Positions 38,921 through 48,618 of a stretch of DNA of 64,000 bases are shown in pieces. The notes beneath the pieces are model-generated. The model did not search any database. It worked only from the letters and a program-made list of their open reading frames with translations, and was not told the DNA's origin. Source of the DNA: Patescibacteria group bacterium (GTDB lineage Bacteria; Patescibacteriota; Dojkabacteria; J137); contig CAUJCN010000002.1 in NCBI GenBank assembly GCA_963169855.1, positions 452,885-516,884 of the forward strand. Direction: 5' to 3'. The position numbers and the translations under genes were made by a program. The stretch's first letter is position 1; every line of letters begins with the position of its first letter.

Positions 38921-39651
38921 TAGATAGAAAATACTGGACTGAGCAGACGACTGGGTTTCTTCGTACCACTGCATTTATTAACTCCATTCGCGGTGTTATT
39001 GATCAGAATGCTCCCTTGCCAGTTTTCCTGGTTGATGCTGGATGTTCCGAAGGCGTGAGTACAATTGAACTTCGAAGTTTATTCCCGACCTCTCATGTAG
39101 TTTATGGAGTCGATATAAATTTAGAAGCAGATGCTGATTACAGACAGAAGGAAAGAACAGTTCGAGCTTTAGTTAATCAAGGAGAACTGAACTCCGAAGA
39201 TACTAGAATGATTAAATTTTTAGAAAACGATTATTACAAACCAGTATTTAGAAGAAACTCTGTAGATATTTTTTTGATTTTAAATTCAATAAATTACCTT
39301 TATAGATTTCCTCACGATTTTAAAGACAAAATTCCATTTTTAGTACAGTGCCTTGGTAACGCAGCACTTTCTTTAAACCCAAATAAAGGAAGATTAATCT
39401 TAGGGAAGAACGGTAGGGACTCTAAGCCAGGAAATCAATCTCATCTTGATTACACTATTTTAGAAAGAGTAGGTGATGAAATTTCTCTTAAAGGAGATGA
39501 ACAATTTTACGCTGTTGGGGAAGTTCCCTATACAATGAAATTAGATTTTGCAGATGAGATGAATAAAGAGCTTAAATTTCGTATATATGGAGAATCCTAT
39601 TTAAGACGAAAAAGATCGATAGGTGAAATATCGCTGAATGAAGAAGCTTAG
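38917..39651 (+). CDS. Hypothetical protein (244 aa), possibly a SAM-dependent methyltransferase
   Basis: VFLVDAGCSEGVSTIEL resembles methyltransferase motif I. The gene overlaps the hisS stop (ATGA). Confidence 0.3.
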   Translation: MIDRKYWTEQTTGFLRTTAFINSIRGVIDQNAPLPVFLVDAGCSEGVSTIELRSLFPTSHVVYGVDINLEADADYRQKERTVRALVNQGELNSEDTRMIKFLENDYYKPVFRRNSVDIFLILNSINYLYRFPHDFKDKIPFLVQCLGNAALSLNPNKGRLILGKNGRDSKPGNQSHLDYTILERVGDEISLKGDEQFYAVGEVPYTMKLDFADEMNKELKFRIYGESYLRRKRSIGEISLNEEA

Positions 39652-40832
39652 TTTTTACTATAAAATTCGATACACTCTCGAAGTGTTTCAGCGAATTTAA
39701 TAATATCTTCTCTAGAATTATAAACCCCTAAACTAACTCTTACCGTTGCTGGAACTTGTAAAACGTCTCGATGTAAAACTTGAGTACAGTGGTGACCAGC
39801 TCTAACGCAGACTCCGTTATCTCCTAAATACTGAGCAACATCGTGTGGATGAACTTTTTCGTGATAGAAACTTACAACTCCGACTCCATTGTTTGAGTGG
39901 AATATTCTTATATTTTCCAAACTTCTTAATTCCAACATTAAATCAAAAACTAGCTCATCTTCTATTTCCCGGATCATTTCGAATCCTATTTCTTCTACGA
40001 ATTTTATTGCTCTTGCAAGCCCAGAAGCTCCTTCTACATTTGGTGTCCCAGCTTCGAATTTCGATGGAATTTCGTCCCAAATTATTTCGTCTTTTCTGAC
40101 CTCACGAATCATTCCACCTCCAACTTTGAATGGTTCTAATTTTTCTAATAGTGGTTTTTTAACAAACAAAGCTCCAATTCCCATTGGTGAATAAATTTTG
40201 TGACCACTGAAAGCTGCGGCATCAACATCTAAATCTTTCAAATCAACTTTCATATGAGCAACAGATTGAGCAATATCTAAAACAATAATTGCATCTGGAC
40301 AAATCAGTCTTATTTTTTTAATTGGGTGAACAGCTCCCGTAACATTACTAGCGTGACTTAGAGCAATTAGTTTTGGGTTAAAAGCTTTAAGCTTTTCTTC
40401 CCATCCCTCTAAAAGATCACCATTTTCGTCTACTTCTAAATAGTTTACTTTTGAGAAAACTCTTCTCCAGGGAAGTAAATTTGAGTGGTGCTCTAATTCT
40501 GTAATTACACAAACATCTTCAGGGGAAATTACATTGGATCTTAATAATGATTCTGAAAGTAAATTTAATCCTTCAGTTGTTCCGGAAGTAAAAATGATTT
40601 CTTCTTTTTCAACATTAAGAAACCTTGCTACAACTTGCCTTGCACTTTCGTAAGTTTCTGTAGATTCTTCAGCAAGTGGGTAGAGGCCTCGATGCACATT
40701 TGAATTTCGATTTGTATAGTAATTTTGAATTTGATTTAAAACTACATCCGGTTTTTGAGTTGTAGAAGCACTGTCTAAGTAAGCCAAACCTGGCTTAGTC
40801 GCAAACATTGGAAATCGTTCTTTCATATTCAC
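39648..40832 (-). CDS. sufS: Cysteine desulfurase (SufS/NifS, class V aminotransferase)
   Basis: The PLP-lysine region SGHKIYSPMGIGALF and the active-site RAGHHCTQ are present. Length 394 aa. Confidence 0.85.
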   Translation of the reverse strand: MNMKERFPMFATKPGLAYLDSASTTQKPDVVLNQIQNYYTNRNSNVHRGLYPLAEESTETYESARQVVARFLNVEKEEIIFTSGTTEGLNLLSESLLRSNVISPEDVCVITELEHHSNLLPWRRVFSKVNYLEVDENGDLLEGWEEKLKAFNPKLIALSHASNVTGAVHPIKKIRLICPDAIIVLDIAQSVAHMKVDLKDLDVDAAAFSGHKIYSPMGIGALFVKKPLLEKLEPFKVGGGMIREVRKDEIIWDEIPSKFEAGTPNVEGASGLARAIKFVEEIGFEMIREIEDELVFDLMLELRSLENIRIFHSNNGVGVVSFYHEKVHPHDVAQYLGDNGVCVRAGHHCTQVLHRDVLQVPATVRVSLGVYNSREDIIKFAETLRECIEFYSKN

Positions 40833-40854
40833 ATTATAACGTAAATAAATTTAT

Positions 40855-41967
40855 TCATTTAACTTCTGTTACTGCGTTTACTTGTTTGGATTGTGGAGCA
40901 TTACTTTGAATTGCCTGTACAAACCTATTTTCATCTCTTTGTCCAATTAGTTTCACAATATTGTTCATCCCCATGAATTGTTGATAGAAACCCTGCAAAG
41001 TCTTAATCACTTTCAGTTCAGTTTCATTGTTAATAACTTTGCCAATTCCATAAATCTTTAGTTCGTCAGGTGTAATTGGATGTGAATGAGAGTGGTGTTT
41101 TGTTGTAAATTCTTCAACGGCAACGTTAATAAGTTGTTGATCTTTACCCTTCATAGAGAAGTTTTCTAAAGCGTGTTTAATTTGATCTTTAGAGTACCTT
41201 AGTGCCCCTACATAACTACCTAGTAGGTACGGGTCCAAGTTTTCCTCAAACTTCTTTTTTAGTGTTGTTAGCGCCAGTGTGTTAGCTGTAGTTGTCTCAT
41301 CTACTGTTCCGTATGATTGAATGAAGTCTTCAATTGAAGTAGCTGGGATTCTCAACCCTGGATTTGTAGGACTCTGTATAATAGGATCAACCGGTCCTAA
41401 TTCTGATAAACTTGTAAAGTAAATTTCATCTCCGTTTAGAGCTAGTAGCGTCGCAGCACTTTTCGCCATCATCGGTACAATTACTTCATACGTTTCAGCA
41501 TAATGACGAAGAATCGTAGAAAACTTTACTGAAGCCTCTAATATACCTCCTCCACTGTGTAAGAACAAGGTCAATTTTTTGAATTTTTTACCATTGTCCC
41601 CTTTATTAATAGGAATCAGTTTAAACAGCAAATCATCTAAAAAAATACAATCATTTTGATCCAACATGCTAAATGGAGAACCTGGAATAGAAATGTATGA
41701 TATTACATCCCCATAGTAATCTTCCAGTTGAACCACAGCTTCCCTATTACTTATTTCGAAACCTTTAGACAACAACTCAAGATCTTGCTGATAACTATCA
41801 TTTCCTCTATATTCTTCAAAACTTTTTGTCTCGATCTGGTATGTTGAATTACGAGGACTTTGTTCTGCAGATAGTTTACCTTCACGAATCAGTTTTCTAA
41901 TGAAGTGGGGCGTCACTTTAAGACGTTCTGCAGCTTGGGTAACGGAAATAAATTTAGTCTCTTTCAT
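40855..41967 (-). CDS. Fusion of an N-terminal excisionase/MerR-type HTH with a ClpP-fold serine peptidase domain (S49/SDH-like)
   Basis: HTH ISVTQAAERLKVTPHFIRKLIREGKL. The peptidase region LFLHSGGGILEASVKFSTILRHY...MAKSAATLLALNGDEIYFTSLSELGPVDP matches the LHSPGG...SA.T..AL..DEI pattern of the SDH/SppA family. Confidence 0.5.
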   Translation of the reverse strand: MKETKFISVTQAAERLKVTPHFIRKLIREGKLSAEQSPRNSTYQIETKSFEEYRGNDSYQQDLELLSKGFEISNREAVVQLEDYYGDVISYISIPGSPFSMLDQNDCIFLDDLLFKLIPINKGDNGKKFKKLTLFLHSGGGILEASVKFSTILRHYAETYEVIVPMMAKSAATLLALNGDEIYFTSLSELGPVDPIIQSPTNPGLRIPATSIEDFIQSYGTVDETTTANTLALTTLKKKFEENLDPYLLGSYVGALRYSKDQIKHALENFSMKGKDQQLINVAVEEFTTKHHSHSHPITPDELKIYGIGKVINNETELKVIKTLQGFYQQFMGMNNIVKLIGQRDENRFVQAIQSNAPQSKQVNAVTEVK

Positions 41968-41996
41968 GAGTTAATAATTAATAAATATTGTACGCT

Positions 41997-42069
41997 CAGT
42001 TACGAGCAGTTACCATATTCTATCAGAGGCAAAAATTTATGTCAAATTTTAACGTAACTACGCGTAACC
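41997..42069. promoter_or_regulatory. Operator-like array of two GTTAC copies (41999, 42009) and two GTAAC copies (42053, 42064), with 10-11 bp phasing, upstream of the HTH-peptidase gene
   Basis: cagTTACgagcagTTACc ... acGTAACtacgcGTAACc, seen directly in the 104-bp intergenic region. Confidence 0.35.
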
Positions 42070-42071
42070 AA

Positions 42072-43958
42072 CTACACTTCTTGAGGCCGGAGCTCCAGTT
42101 GGCTAAGAATACCATCGATGTATGATAGGCATTCATCTTTCTCTTCTATTGGACTTTTCTCGAAGAATGTCTTTAGTGCTTCCAGCTGAGTAATTAGTGA
42201 TTCGATTATAATATCTCTTTCTGCTGGGAATTGTTCAATTTCTAAATCGAATATTTCTACCCACATATCAATAAATGCTAAGTAGTGAGGTTTTTCAGAA
42301 TCCACCAAATTATACTTTTTTGCTGCATCATACATTGCGTCAATCATCCCGGGATAAAGAACCGTTGGCACAGCGTGTAGTTTTGATTGTTGTTTTCCAA
42401 AATCAGATCTTCCTACAATCCCGAAGTTATATCCTGCATCGATTTCACCTTCTTCTCCAGTTAATCTTGAATGTCCACCTCCATCTGGGCCTATTAATTC
42501 GTAGTTTGTGAACAAAGTCCACATTAATGCAAAAACTACATCAATCCCTTGTTCAGTTAGTCTTTTTATACTATCGAACGCTCCTTCTAAATATTTAACT
42601 TTGTCGTTTAACCTATGTGCTCCAATATCAGCTCCAAATTCTGTAAGTGCGAATGCGTTAATTTGAGGGAAACGTTTTTTTACACTCATTATCACATCAT
42701 AAATTCTCGATGAATTTAAAAGTTGACCGTGTGTTCCTTTCATTGGAGCAACAACTTTTGGATTTTTCTTTTTAGGAGAAGTGAAGGGGAGTTTTAAAAT
42801 CTTTTGAGCGAATTCTTCTATAAGTGTAACCTCATGAATCCAATAAGGTTGAACTCCCAGAACATCGAAGTACATAAGGTCTTCGTGTTGATACATTCGA
42901 ATCTGCATGGTTTTGTCGAAATATTCCGCGAACCATTTCAGAATCTGGTGACCTGAAATTGTCGCGTTCTGAGTATCAAAGTAAGCCATGTTGATTGCTG
43001 TCATGACTGTGACTTTCGTTTCGTTTTCATCCGCAATTAGCTTTGCTAACATGTAAGTATCCTTGGCTACTGACGACATATTTGATTGTCCTTCGAAAAA
43101 TCTAACTAGATTTTTATCATACGGTTGCCATCTTCTTCCTAAGTAACGTGAATCAAGTTCAACATTTGGTTCATTGATTACTATAAAGTTCTGAACACCT
43201 GCAGGAATCAATTCTTGTAAAACGATGTTTGCATATTTTAAAAACTTTGCTCGAATCGACCCAGTTGCCCATTCTGTTTGAGATCCTGTAACAATCTGTT
43301 GAATTGTTTTTACAAGTTTCCCAGGAGTTACGGTTTCGTCTACCCACTGGATACCTTCGGGTAAATCGAAATGATGAAGAACAACAACAGGTTCTAATCC
43401 GTAACGAAGACACATTTCCGCGTGACGTTTGTATCTTACTAATTCTTGCAAGTCCACACCCTCTGGTGTCATCACTTTTTCCCACACTATGCTGAATCTA
43501 AAAGCCTTCAATCCCATTTGCACAGCTACAATCAAATTTTTAGCGAACTCAAGATCTTCTTCCATCTTCATGGATTGGTCTAAGGAAAGCTCTGATTTTA
43601 ATTGTTCTATTTCTTGCTCGGAAAGATGTCTTCTTTCTGCAATTCCTTTAATAATTCTATCGAAATTTGATTCTTCATCTCCCACCTTAAATCCTCCTTG
43701 TGGATGTGTTCCCACATGAAGTTCTGCAATTCCAGCACCCAGAACAGTTGAGTCTGGAATGTATGAATTTAGAAAGTAGTCCTGAAATAATCTATCTGCT
43801 TCTCCTACAGATTGTGCTGACGAAGTATATCCAAGAAATTTATTCTGAAGTTTTGCAGCGAGTCGAGGATTGGCAATACGATTTCCGTATTTAAGATTAA
43901 AGTGAAGTTTAAGTTCACGTTCGGATAAATTGGTCGCAACTACTTCAGAATTATTCAT
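42072..43958 (-). CDS. Glycoside hydrolase family 1-like protein with an N-terminal extension of about 130 aa
   Basis: GH1 hallmarks are present: AFRFSIVWEKV (compare YRFSISWSRI), HHFDLP (compare HWDLP), the NEP acid/base motif in FIVINEPNV, and a TENG-like nucleophile motif LTEFG. Confidence 0.45.
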   Translation of the reverse strand: MNNSEVVATNLSERELKLHFNLKYGNRIANPRLAAKLQNKFLGYTSSAQSVGEADRLFQDYFLNSYIPDSTVLGAGIAELHVGTHPQGGFKVGDEESNFDRIIKGIAERRHLSEQEIEQLKSELSLDQSMKMEEDLEFAKNLIVAVQMGLKAFRFSIVWEKVMTPEGVDLQELVRYKRHAEMCLRYGLEPVVVLHHFDLPEGIQWVDETVTPGKLVKTIQQIVTGSQTEWATGSIRAKFLKYANIVLQELIPAGVQNFIVINEPNVELDSRYLGRRWQPYDKNLVRFFEGQSNMSSVAKDTYMLAKLIADENETKVTVMTAINMAYFDTQNATISGHQILKWFAEYFDKTMQIRMYQHEDLMYFDVLGVQPYWIHEVTLIEEFAQKILKLPFTSPKKKNPKVVAPMKGTHGQLLNSSRIYDVIMSVKKRFPQINAFALTEFGADIGAHRLNDKVKYLEGAFDSIKRLTEQGIDVVFALMWTLFTNYELIGPDGGGHSRLTGEEGEIDAGYNFGIVGRSDFGKQQSKLHAVPTVLYPGMIDAMYDAAKKYNLVDSEKPHYLAFIDMWVEIFDLEIEQFPAERDIIIESLITQLEALKTFFEKSPIEEKDECLSYIDGILSQLELRPQEV

Positions 43959-43960
43959 TA

Positions 43961-44395
43961 TTATTGTTCTACTTGAACTTGTGGAGTTTCTTTTCTTAGT
44001 AGTGGCTCAACTCCAATTACTCGACTTCTAACAGCTTTAACTAAAGCTCCTACAGACAGGAAGTTCTGTTGTTGAAATCTAATTCTGACTGAAGTGTCTG
44101 GATCTATGTTCTTCACTCTTTGTAGTACTTCTTCTGTAAGTTTTGCTAAATTTGAGAAATCACACCCTGCGAATAAACCTCTTAATTCTCTTCTTAATCC
44201 TGCTATATCATCAGAAGCTACGAATTTTGGATCTTCAATTAAATCATCGATTGATCTACCTAAATTATCAGATAAACTGTATTCTTCTTGTTTTGGTAGA
44301 CTATTTCTTCTTTGAGCTTCTTGATTAGCAGCTTCAGCAGCTCTGTGAGCATTTACAGCAGCTTGTGTTTCTGGAGAGGCAATATAAGGATACAT
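43961..44395 (-). CDS. Hypothetical protein (144 aa)
   Basis: Intact ORF 2 nt upstream of the GH1-like gene, probably co-transcribed with it. Confidence 0.4.
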   Translation of the reverse strand: MYPYIASPETQAAVNAHRAAEAANQEAQRRNSLPKQEEYSLSDNLGRSIDDLIEDPKFVASDDIAGLRRELRGLFAGCDFSNLAKLTEEVLQRVKNIDPDTSVRIRFQQQNFLSVGALVKAVRSRVIGVEPLLRKETPQVQVEQ

Positions 44396-44472
44396 GTTAT
44401 TAGTTAATCATTTATTACTGGCAACAAAAAATTGCTCTAAGTTATACCATTTTGAAAGAAAATTTGTAAACC

Positions 44473-45018
44473 TTATTTGAGTTTATTGTAGATTTCGAAG
44501 GATAGAGGAGGAACGTTCTCTGGTAGATTTTCCGAAGTGACTAATTCCCAAATCTGTTCACCATCTGAATCCTTCATATCTACAATGTCGAAACTTACAT
44601 CCCCTTCGAAATCTTGGTAAATTCTAGTAACGTAGAATTGATCAATCAAGTTATGCCTCAGTGCTAAATTGTAAATTTCTGCACCTCCTATAAACCATGA
44701 TTCTTCTCCCCATTTATGTTTCATTTCTTCTAAAAGGTGTTTAAGCTGATCTATAGATGAAACTACGAATGTGTTTCTAAAACCTTTCTCTTGAACATAA
44801 TTTTCTAACTTTTCGGGATTTCTTGTCATTACTATATTTGGTCTTCCCGGTAACTCTCTGCCCATTCCGAATAGAGTACTGCTTCCCATAATTACTGGAT
44901 GCCCCATTGTTAAATCCCTAAACTTCTTCATGTCTGCATCAATTCTTGGCCAAGGGAGCTTTCCTTGATTTCCAATTACACCGTTTTGGGCAACAGCCAT
45001 TATTGCATTGAACTTCAT
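44473..45018 (-). CDS. folA: Dihydrofolate reductase
   Basis: AIMAVAQNGVIGNQGKLPW...DLTMGHPVIMGSSTLFGMGRELPGRPNIVMTRN matches the DHFR N-terminal fold. Length 181 aa. Confidence 0.8.
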   Translation of the reverse strand: MKFNAIMAVAQNGVIGNQGKLPWPRIDADMKKFRDLTMGHPVIMGSSTLFGMGRELPGRPNIVMTRNPEKLENYVQEKGFRNTFVVSSIDQLKHLLEEMKHKWGEESWFIGGAEIYNLALRHNLIDQFYVTRIYQDFEGDVSFDIVDMKDSDGEQIWELVTSENLPENVPPLSFEIYNKLK

Positions 45019-46847
45019 ACCTGTGCGATTTGATAAATTTGATTTAGCTCGAATCCTCTTTTTGCATAGTATTCTCGAGTCCCGATACTAGAGATTACCG
45101 CAAGCTTTGAGAAACCTTTTTCTTTCGACATTTCTTTTGCTTTCTCAATCAACTTTGTTCCTAAGCCTAAGTGTTGAGCTTTACCTTCTGACTCTTTCCC
45201 AAGTTCGAGGCTTGGTCCATAAACATGGACTTCTCTGATAATTGCAGAGCCATTTAGTTCCTCTACAACTTCGTTTTGATGATTTTTTGGAATTGATAAT
45301 CTAAGGAATCCAGCGATTTCTTTTTTAAGAGTTACGTATTGAAGAAAGTACTCTGTAGCTACAGTTGTATCGTATTCAACAATATCTAGGCTTAAATCTT
45401 CCAAACCTACCTTTTTCCCTTTGATTTCTCTCGCTCGAATATTTTCGTTTTTTCTTCCTTCTTTTTTAAGTTTGAATTCTACAGCTTCTCTTAGATTTGT
45501 CGTCTTGTTTCCACCTTCAATTTCTGTAGATGGAATATCTCTAATAATTCTTGTAAGTCTACAATACTCAGGAGTGTACTCAATTAAGTTTGAAAGTAAG
45601 TCGATCAATTCTTCAGTCGTATAAGGAGTATAGAAGCCATCTAGAAAATGTTTATACAATTCAGTGTTCTTGATAACTGATGTTGGGTAAATTTTTAGTT
45701 CATCTGGTTTGAAGTCTGTAGAATCAAAAAGTTCTTTGTAAACTTCCAAATCAATTTCTGGAGTTGATTTGTATAAATTTGGCATCATATGACCGTGAAT
45801 TTTAAATCCAGCAGAGCGGAGTAACTTGAAAGCTTCGACTACATCGGACTTTAATTCACCTCTTTTGTTTGCAATGCTTACTTCATCATTTAAAGTTTGA
45901 ATTCCAATTTGAACTTTTGTTGCTCCAAGTTTTCGCATTCTTACCACCTCTTCTTTGTTGATGACTTCAGGACGAGTTTCCAAAACTAAACCTACGCATC
46001 TAGTTTTGCCTGCTGAGTTAATATCATGTTGCTGATATAAAGATTCCCAAGTAACATCTTCTTCTCTTACAATATTTTTCCCAAACAATTCTTTATATTC
46101 TGGAGTTACTATTAACTGGTTGTAAGGCAAATCTCCTTTGAGTGCACGAATCTGTGAATTAATATCTTTTTGAAGTTCAATTTTGATTGGATTATCGATT
46201 GGTTTATCATCTTCGTTTGGGGTGTAGTTGTTTATTCCAAAATCGTTCATGGCTCTGAAACATTCGTGGATGAACCATATTTTGTATTTTTCTGTGTAGA
46301 AAGACCAAGTTCCTCCTAAAATCAAAAGCTCAATTTTTTCTGTTGGGTGTCCTGTATTTCGATAAGCCATCAATCTGTTATAAACTTGCAGATATGGACT
46401 AAATCGGTTGTACATTGCTCTTTGTGCTCCTGGTTCCGAAGCAATGTAGCTTTTTGGCATAGTAACATCGTTTGGGCAGAAAATACATCTTCCTGGGCAA
46501 GCAAAAGGTTTGGTTAATACTGTAACTGTAGTTACGCCAGAAATAGTTCTGGTTGGCTTCATTCTAATCTGGTGAATGATTTCCGCTGCCGAATCTTTAT
46601 CGATTTCGTCGTTTAAAGCTAAGTATTCAAAACCTCTAACAACGTTGTCTTTACTAAAAACTCCTTTCCCATCGCGCGGGAATTTTCTTAAGATCTTTTC
46701 GAACTTTTCGTCATCGATATCTTCTGTTTGTAGAAGAGCGTTAAAAATATTCAAAAGCTCTGGCTTATAATTTTCAGGACTGAATTGGTACATCTGCATG
46801 GGGGTAATTATATAGCAGGAAGGACAAATATTGAATTGTAAAATCAA
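45015..46847 (-). CDS. elp3: Elp3-like radical SAM / GNAT tRNA wobble-uridine modification enzyme (elongator protein 3 homolog)
   Basis: The radical-SAM cluster motif CPGRCIFCPND and a C-terminal GNAT acetyl-CoA motif (Q/R-x-x-G-x-G/A, here HLGLGTKLIEKAKE) are present. An N-terminal extension of about 90 aa is present. The gene overlaps folA by 4 nt. Confidence 0.75.
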   Translation of the reverse strand: MILQFNICPSCYIITPMQMYQFSPENYKPELLNIFNALLQTEDIDDEKFEKILRKFPRDGKGVFSKDNVVRGFEYLALNDEIDKDSAAEIIHQIRMKPTRTISGVTTVTVLTKPFACPGRCIFCPNDVTMPKSYIASEPGAQRAMYNRFSPYLQVYNRLMAYRNTGHPTEKIELLILGGTWSFYTEKYKIWFIHECFRAMNDFGINNYTPNEDDKPIDNPIKIELQKDINSQIRALKGDLPYNQLIVTPEYKELFGKNIVREEDVTWESLYQQHDINSAGKTRCVGLVLETRPEVINKEEVVRMRKLGATKVQIGIQTLNDEVSIANKRGELKSDVVEAFKLLRSAGFKIHGHMMPNLYKSTPEIDLEVYKELFDSTDFKPDELKIYPTSVIKNTELYKHFLDGFYTPYTTEELIDLLSNLIEYTPEYCRLTRIIRDIPSTEIEGGNKTTNLREAVEFKLKKEGRKNENIRAREIKGKKVGLEDLSLDIVEYDTTVATEYFLQYVTLKKEIAGFLRLSIPKNHQNEVVEELNGSAIIREVHVYGPSLELGKESEGKAQHLGLGTKLIEKAKEMSKEKGFSKLAVISSIGTREYYAKRGFELNQIYQIAQV

Positions 46848-46865
46848 ATTTCCAATCTCAAATAT

Positions 46866-47273
46866 CTAAAGATGCTTCCATGTAGTTAGGTTGTACTTCT
46901 TCAACATGGCTCCGAATATCCTTGTTAGCTGTTTAGACTCATCCAATAGTTGGTCAATAATCTCTGATTCTTCCGCGGAGTTTTTAATAATAGTTAACCA
47001 CAAAGTGGATTCTTTGGACTCCTTCCTACAAATTTGAATCCTATATACAAAATCATTTTTACTTATACTTTCGTTTGCTTCGATGAAGTTAGCAGCTACT
47101 GAACCCGAACTTCTAATTAGTTGTTTAATATCATCGGCATTTGAAATATAGATTTTTAGAGATTTAATAAAAATTCTTATATTTATTGCAAAGGTTGTAG
47201 TTCTTTCTATGAGATCATAGTTCATTCCAGTATAATAACCTCTAGTAGAACACTGCGCTTTGTAATACAGCAC
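46866..47273 (-). CDS. Four-helix-bundle protein of the 23S rRNA intervening-sequence protein family
   Basis: ERTTTFAINI...QLIRSSGSVAANFIEANESISKNDFVYRIQICRKESKESTLWL matches the family signature (QL.RS..S...NIAEG..R.S.KDF..FL.IA.GS..E...). The true start is probably MNYDLIE. Confidence 0.5.
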   Translation of the reverse strand: MLYYKAQCSTRGYYTGMNYDLIERTTTFAINIRIFIKSLKIYISNADDIKQLIRSSGSVAANFIEANESISKNDFVYRIQICRKESKESTLWLTIIKNSAEESEIIDQLLDESKQLTRIFGAMLKKYNLTTWKHL

Positions 47274-47328
47274 AAGAGTTGGAAATTATTTTTGATATTG
47301 GACATTCGATATTTGATATTATCTTTAT

Positions 47329-47994
47329 ATGAAACTTTACGATGAACTAGCAACCGACTTCTCAAATTCTAGAGCTTACCCATGGAAAGGTTGGGGAAAA
47401 GTAAAAGAATATGTAGAGTCAAACTTTACAGAATCTGTGTCCGTTTTGGATTTGGGTTGTGGTAATGGCAGATTTCTTCAGTTTTTAATCGATCAGAAAA
47501 TCAATTTCGCTGATTTTGTTGGCATAGATAGTTCAGACGAATTATTAAAAATTGCAAAAGAAAGATATTCAGACAATGCCGAATTCATTTTCGCGGATTT
47601 AGAAACTGACTGGGAAACAAAGATAATAGAAGAGATACAGGATCCAGTCCGATATGATGTGATAGTTCTTTTTGGAGTAATGCATCACATATCTTCTTTC
47701 GAAAAGAGAGTAGAGATTTTAAGAAAAGCTAGGTCGAAATTAAAGGAAAACGGGGTGATAATGGTAACTTACTGGCAATTTGGAAGTTATCCAAGATTTA
47801 CAGATAAAGCAGAAAATCTTGGCAATAACGACTACATGCTTTCATTTAATGGGGAGAGTGGAGCAAGATTTTGTCATTTTACAGATGAACGCGAGGCAGA
47901 AAAGATTGAAGAGGATTCTAACTGTGAATTAATTTCTTCGTACTATTCTGATGGAGGAGATGAGAAATTGAACTTATACAGATTCTACAAATGA
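47329..47994 (+). CDS. Class I SAM-dependent methyltransferase
   Basis: Motif I VLDLGCGNGRFLQF, the post-I acidic residue and motif II (DVIVLFGVMHHI) are present. Confidence 0.6.
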   Translation: MKLYDELATDFSNSRAYPWKGWGKVKEYVESNFTESVSVLDLGCGNGRFLQFLIDQKINFADFVGIDSSDELLKIAKERYSDNAEFIFADLETDWETKIIEEIQDPVRYDVIVLFGVMHHISSFEKRVEILRKARSKLKENGVIMVTYWQFGSYPRFTDKAENLGNNDYMLSFNGESGARFCHFTDEREAEKIEEDSNCELISSYYSDGGDEKLNLYRFYK

Positions 47995-48581
47995 ACCGAC
48001 AACCGATTTTCATAAAAAGAAAAATCAATGTAATTCGCTGGGACGAATTGTTATTCTCATTGTTTATTAACGTACTTATTTCGCTAGTGATTTTGGTTGG
48101 GTTAGCAGTGTACTCAGTATTCACAGGCAGAACAAACAAAGAGTTCACTCAAGTTCCAGGAGAAATTGATACTGCATTATTAATTTTTAAAACTTCTGAT
48201 TTACAGAATAGCCAAGGTGGTTGGAGGGAGATTGTAAACACTTTTACCGATCTTTATGCAGCAAGCAGCTTAACCAAAGCCAACACTATAATTATCCAAG
48301 ACAATAGTTTTCTAACTGTAGGGGACGAATTTAAACCTTTACTGAAGGACTATACTACAGAAGATTTTGGAGTAGTAGATTCGGTGGAAGAAGTTTGCGA
48401 AAGAACAATCGAAATTAGAAAAACAATTCTTATCAGTTCTAATGATATTGGACCTCGAGTAGCTTTTATGTGTAACTCTGAATCTAATTATTTTGCAGTT
48501 TTAAAATCGAACATCGATATTAGACCAAGAATCGTAAATGTAATCACAGACATTTTTAAAAAGATTTTCAAATTGAATTAA
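47991..48581 (+). CDS. Membrane-anchored hypothetical protein (196 aa)
   Basis: TM segment LLFSLFINVLISLVILVGLAVYSVF. The gene overlaps the upstream methyltransferase gene by 4 nt. Confidence 0.4.
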   Translation: MNRQPIFIKRKINVIRWDELLFSLFINVLISLVILVGLAVYSVFTGRTNKEFTQVPGEIDTALLIFKTSDLQNSQGGWREIVNTFTDLYAASSLTKANTIIIQDNSFLTVGDEFKPLLKDYTTEDFGVVDSVEEVCERTIEIRKTILISSNDIGPRVAFMCNSESNYFAVLKSNIDIRPRIVNVITDIFKKIFKLN

Positions 48582-48618
48582 CGAATTCTGATAGAATCTA
48601 CTTAGATTAAGTTTAATC

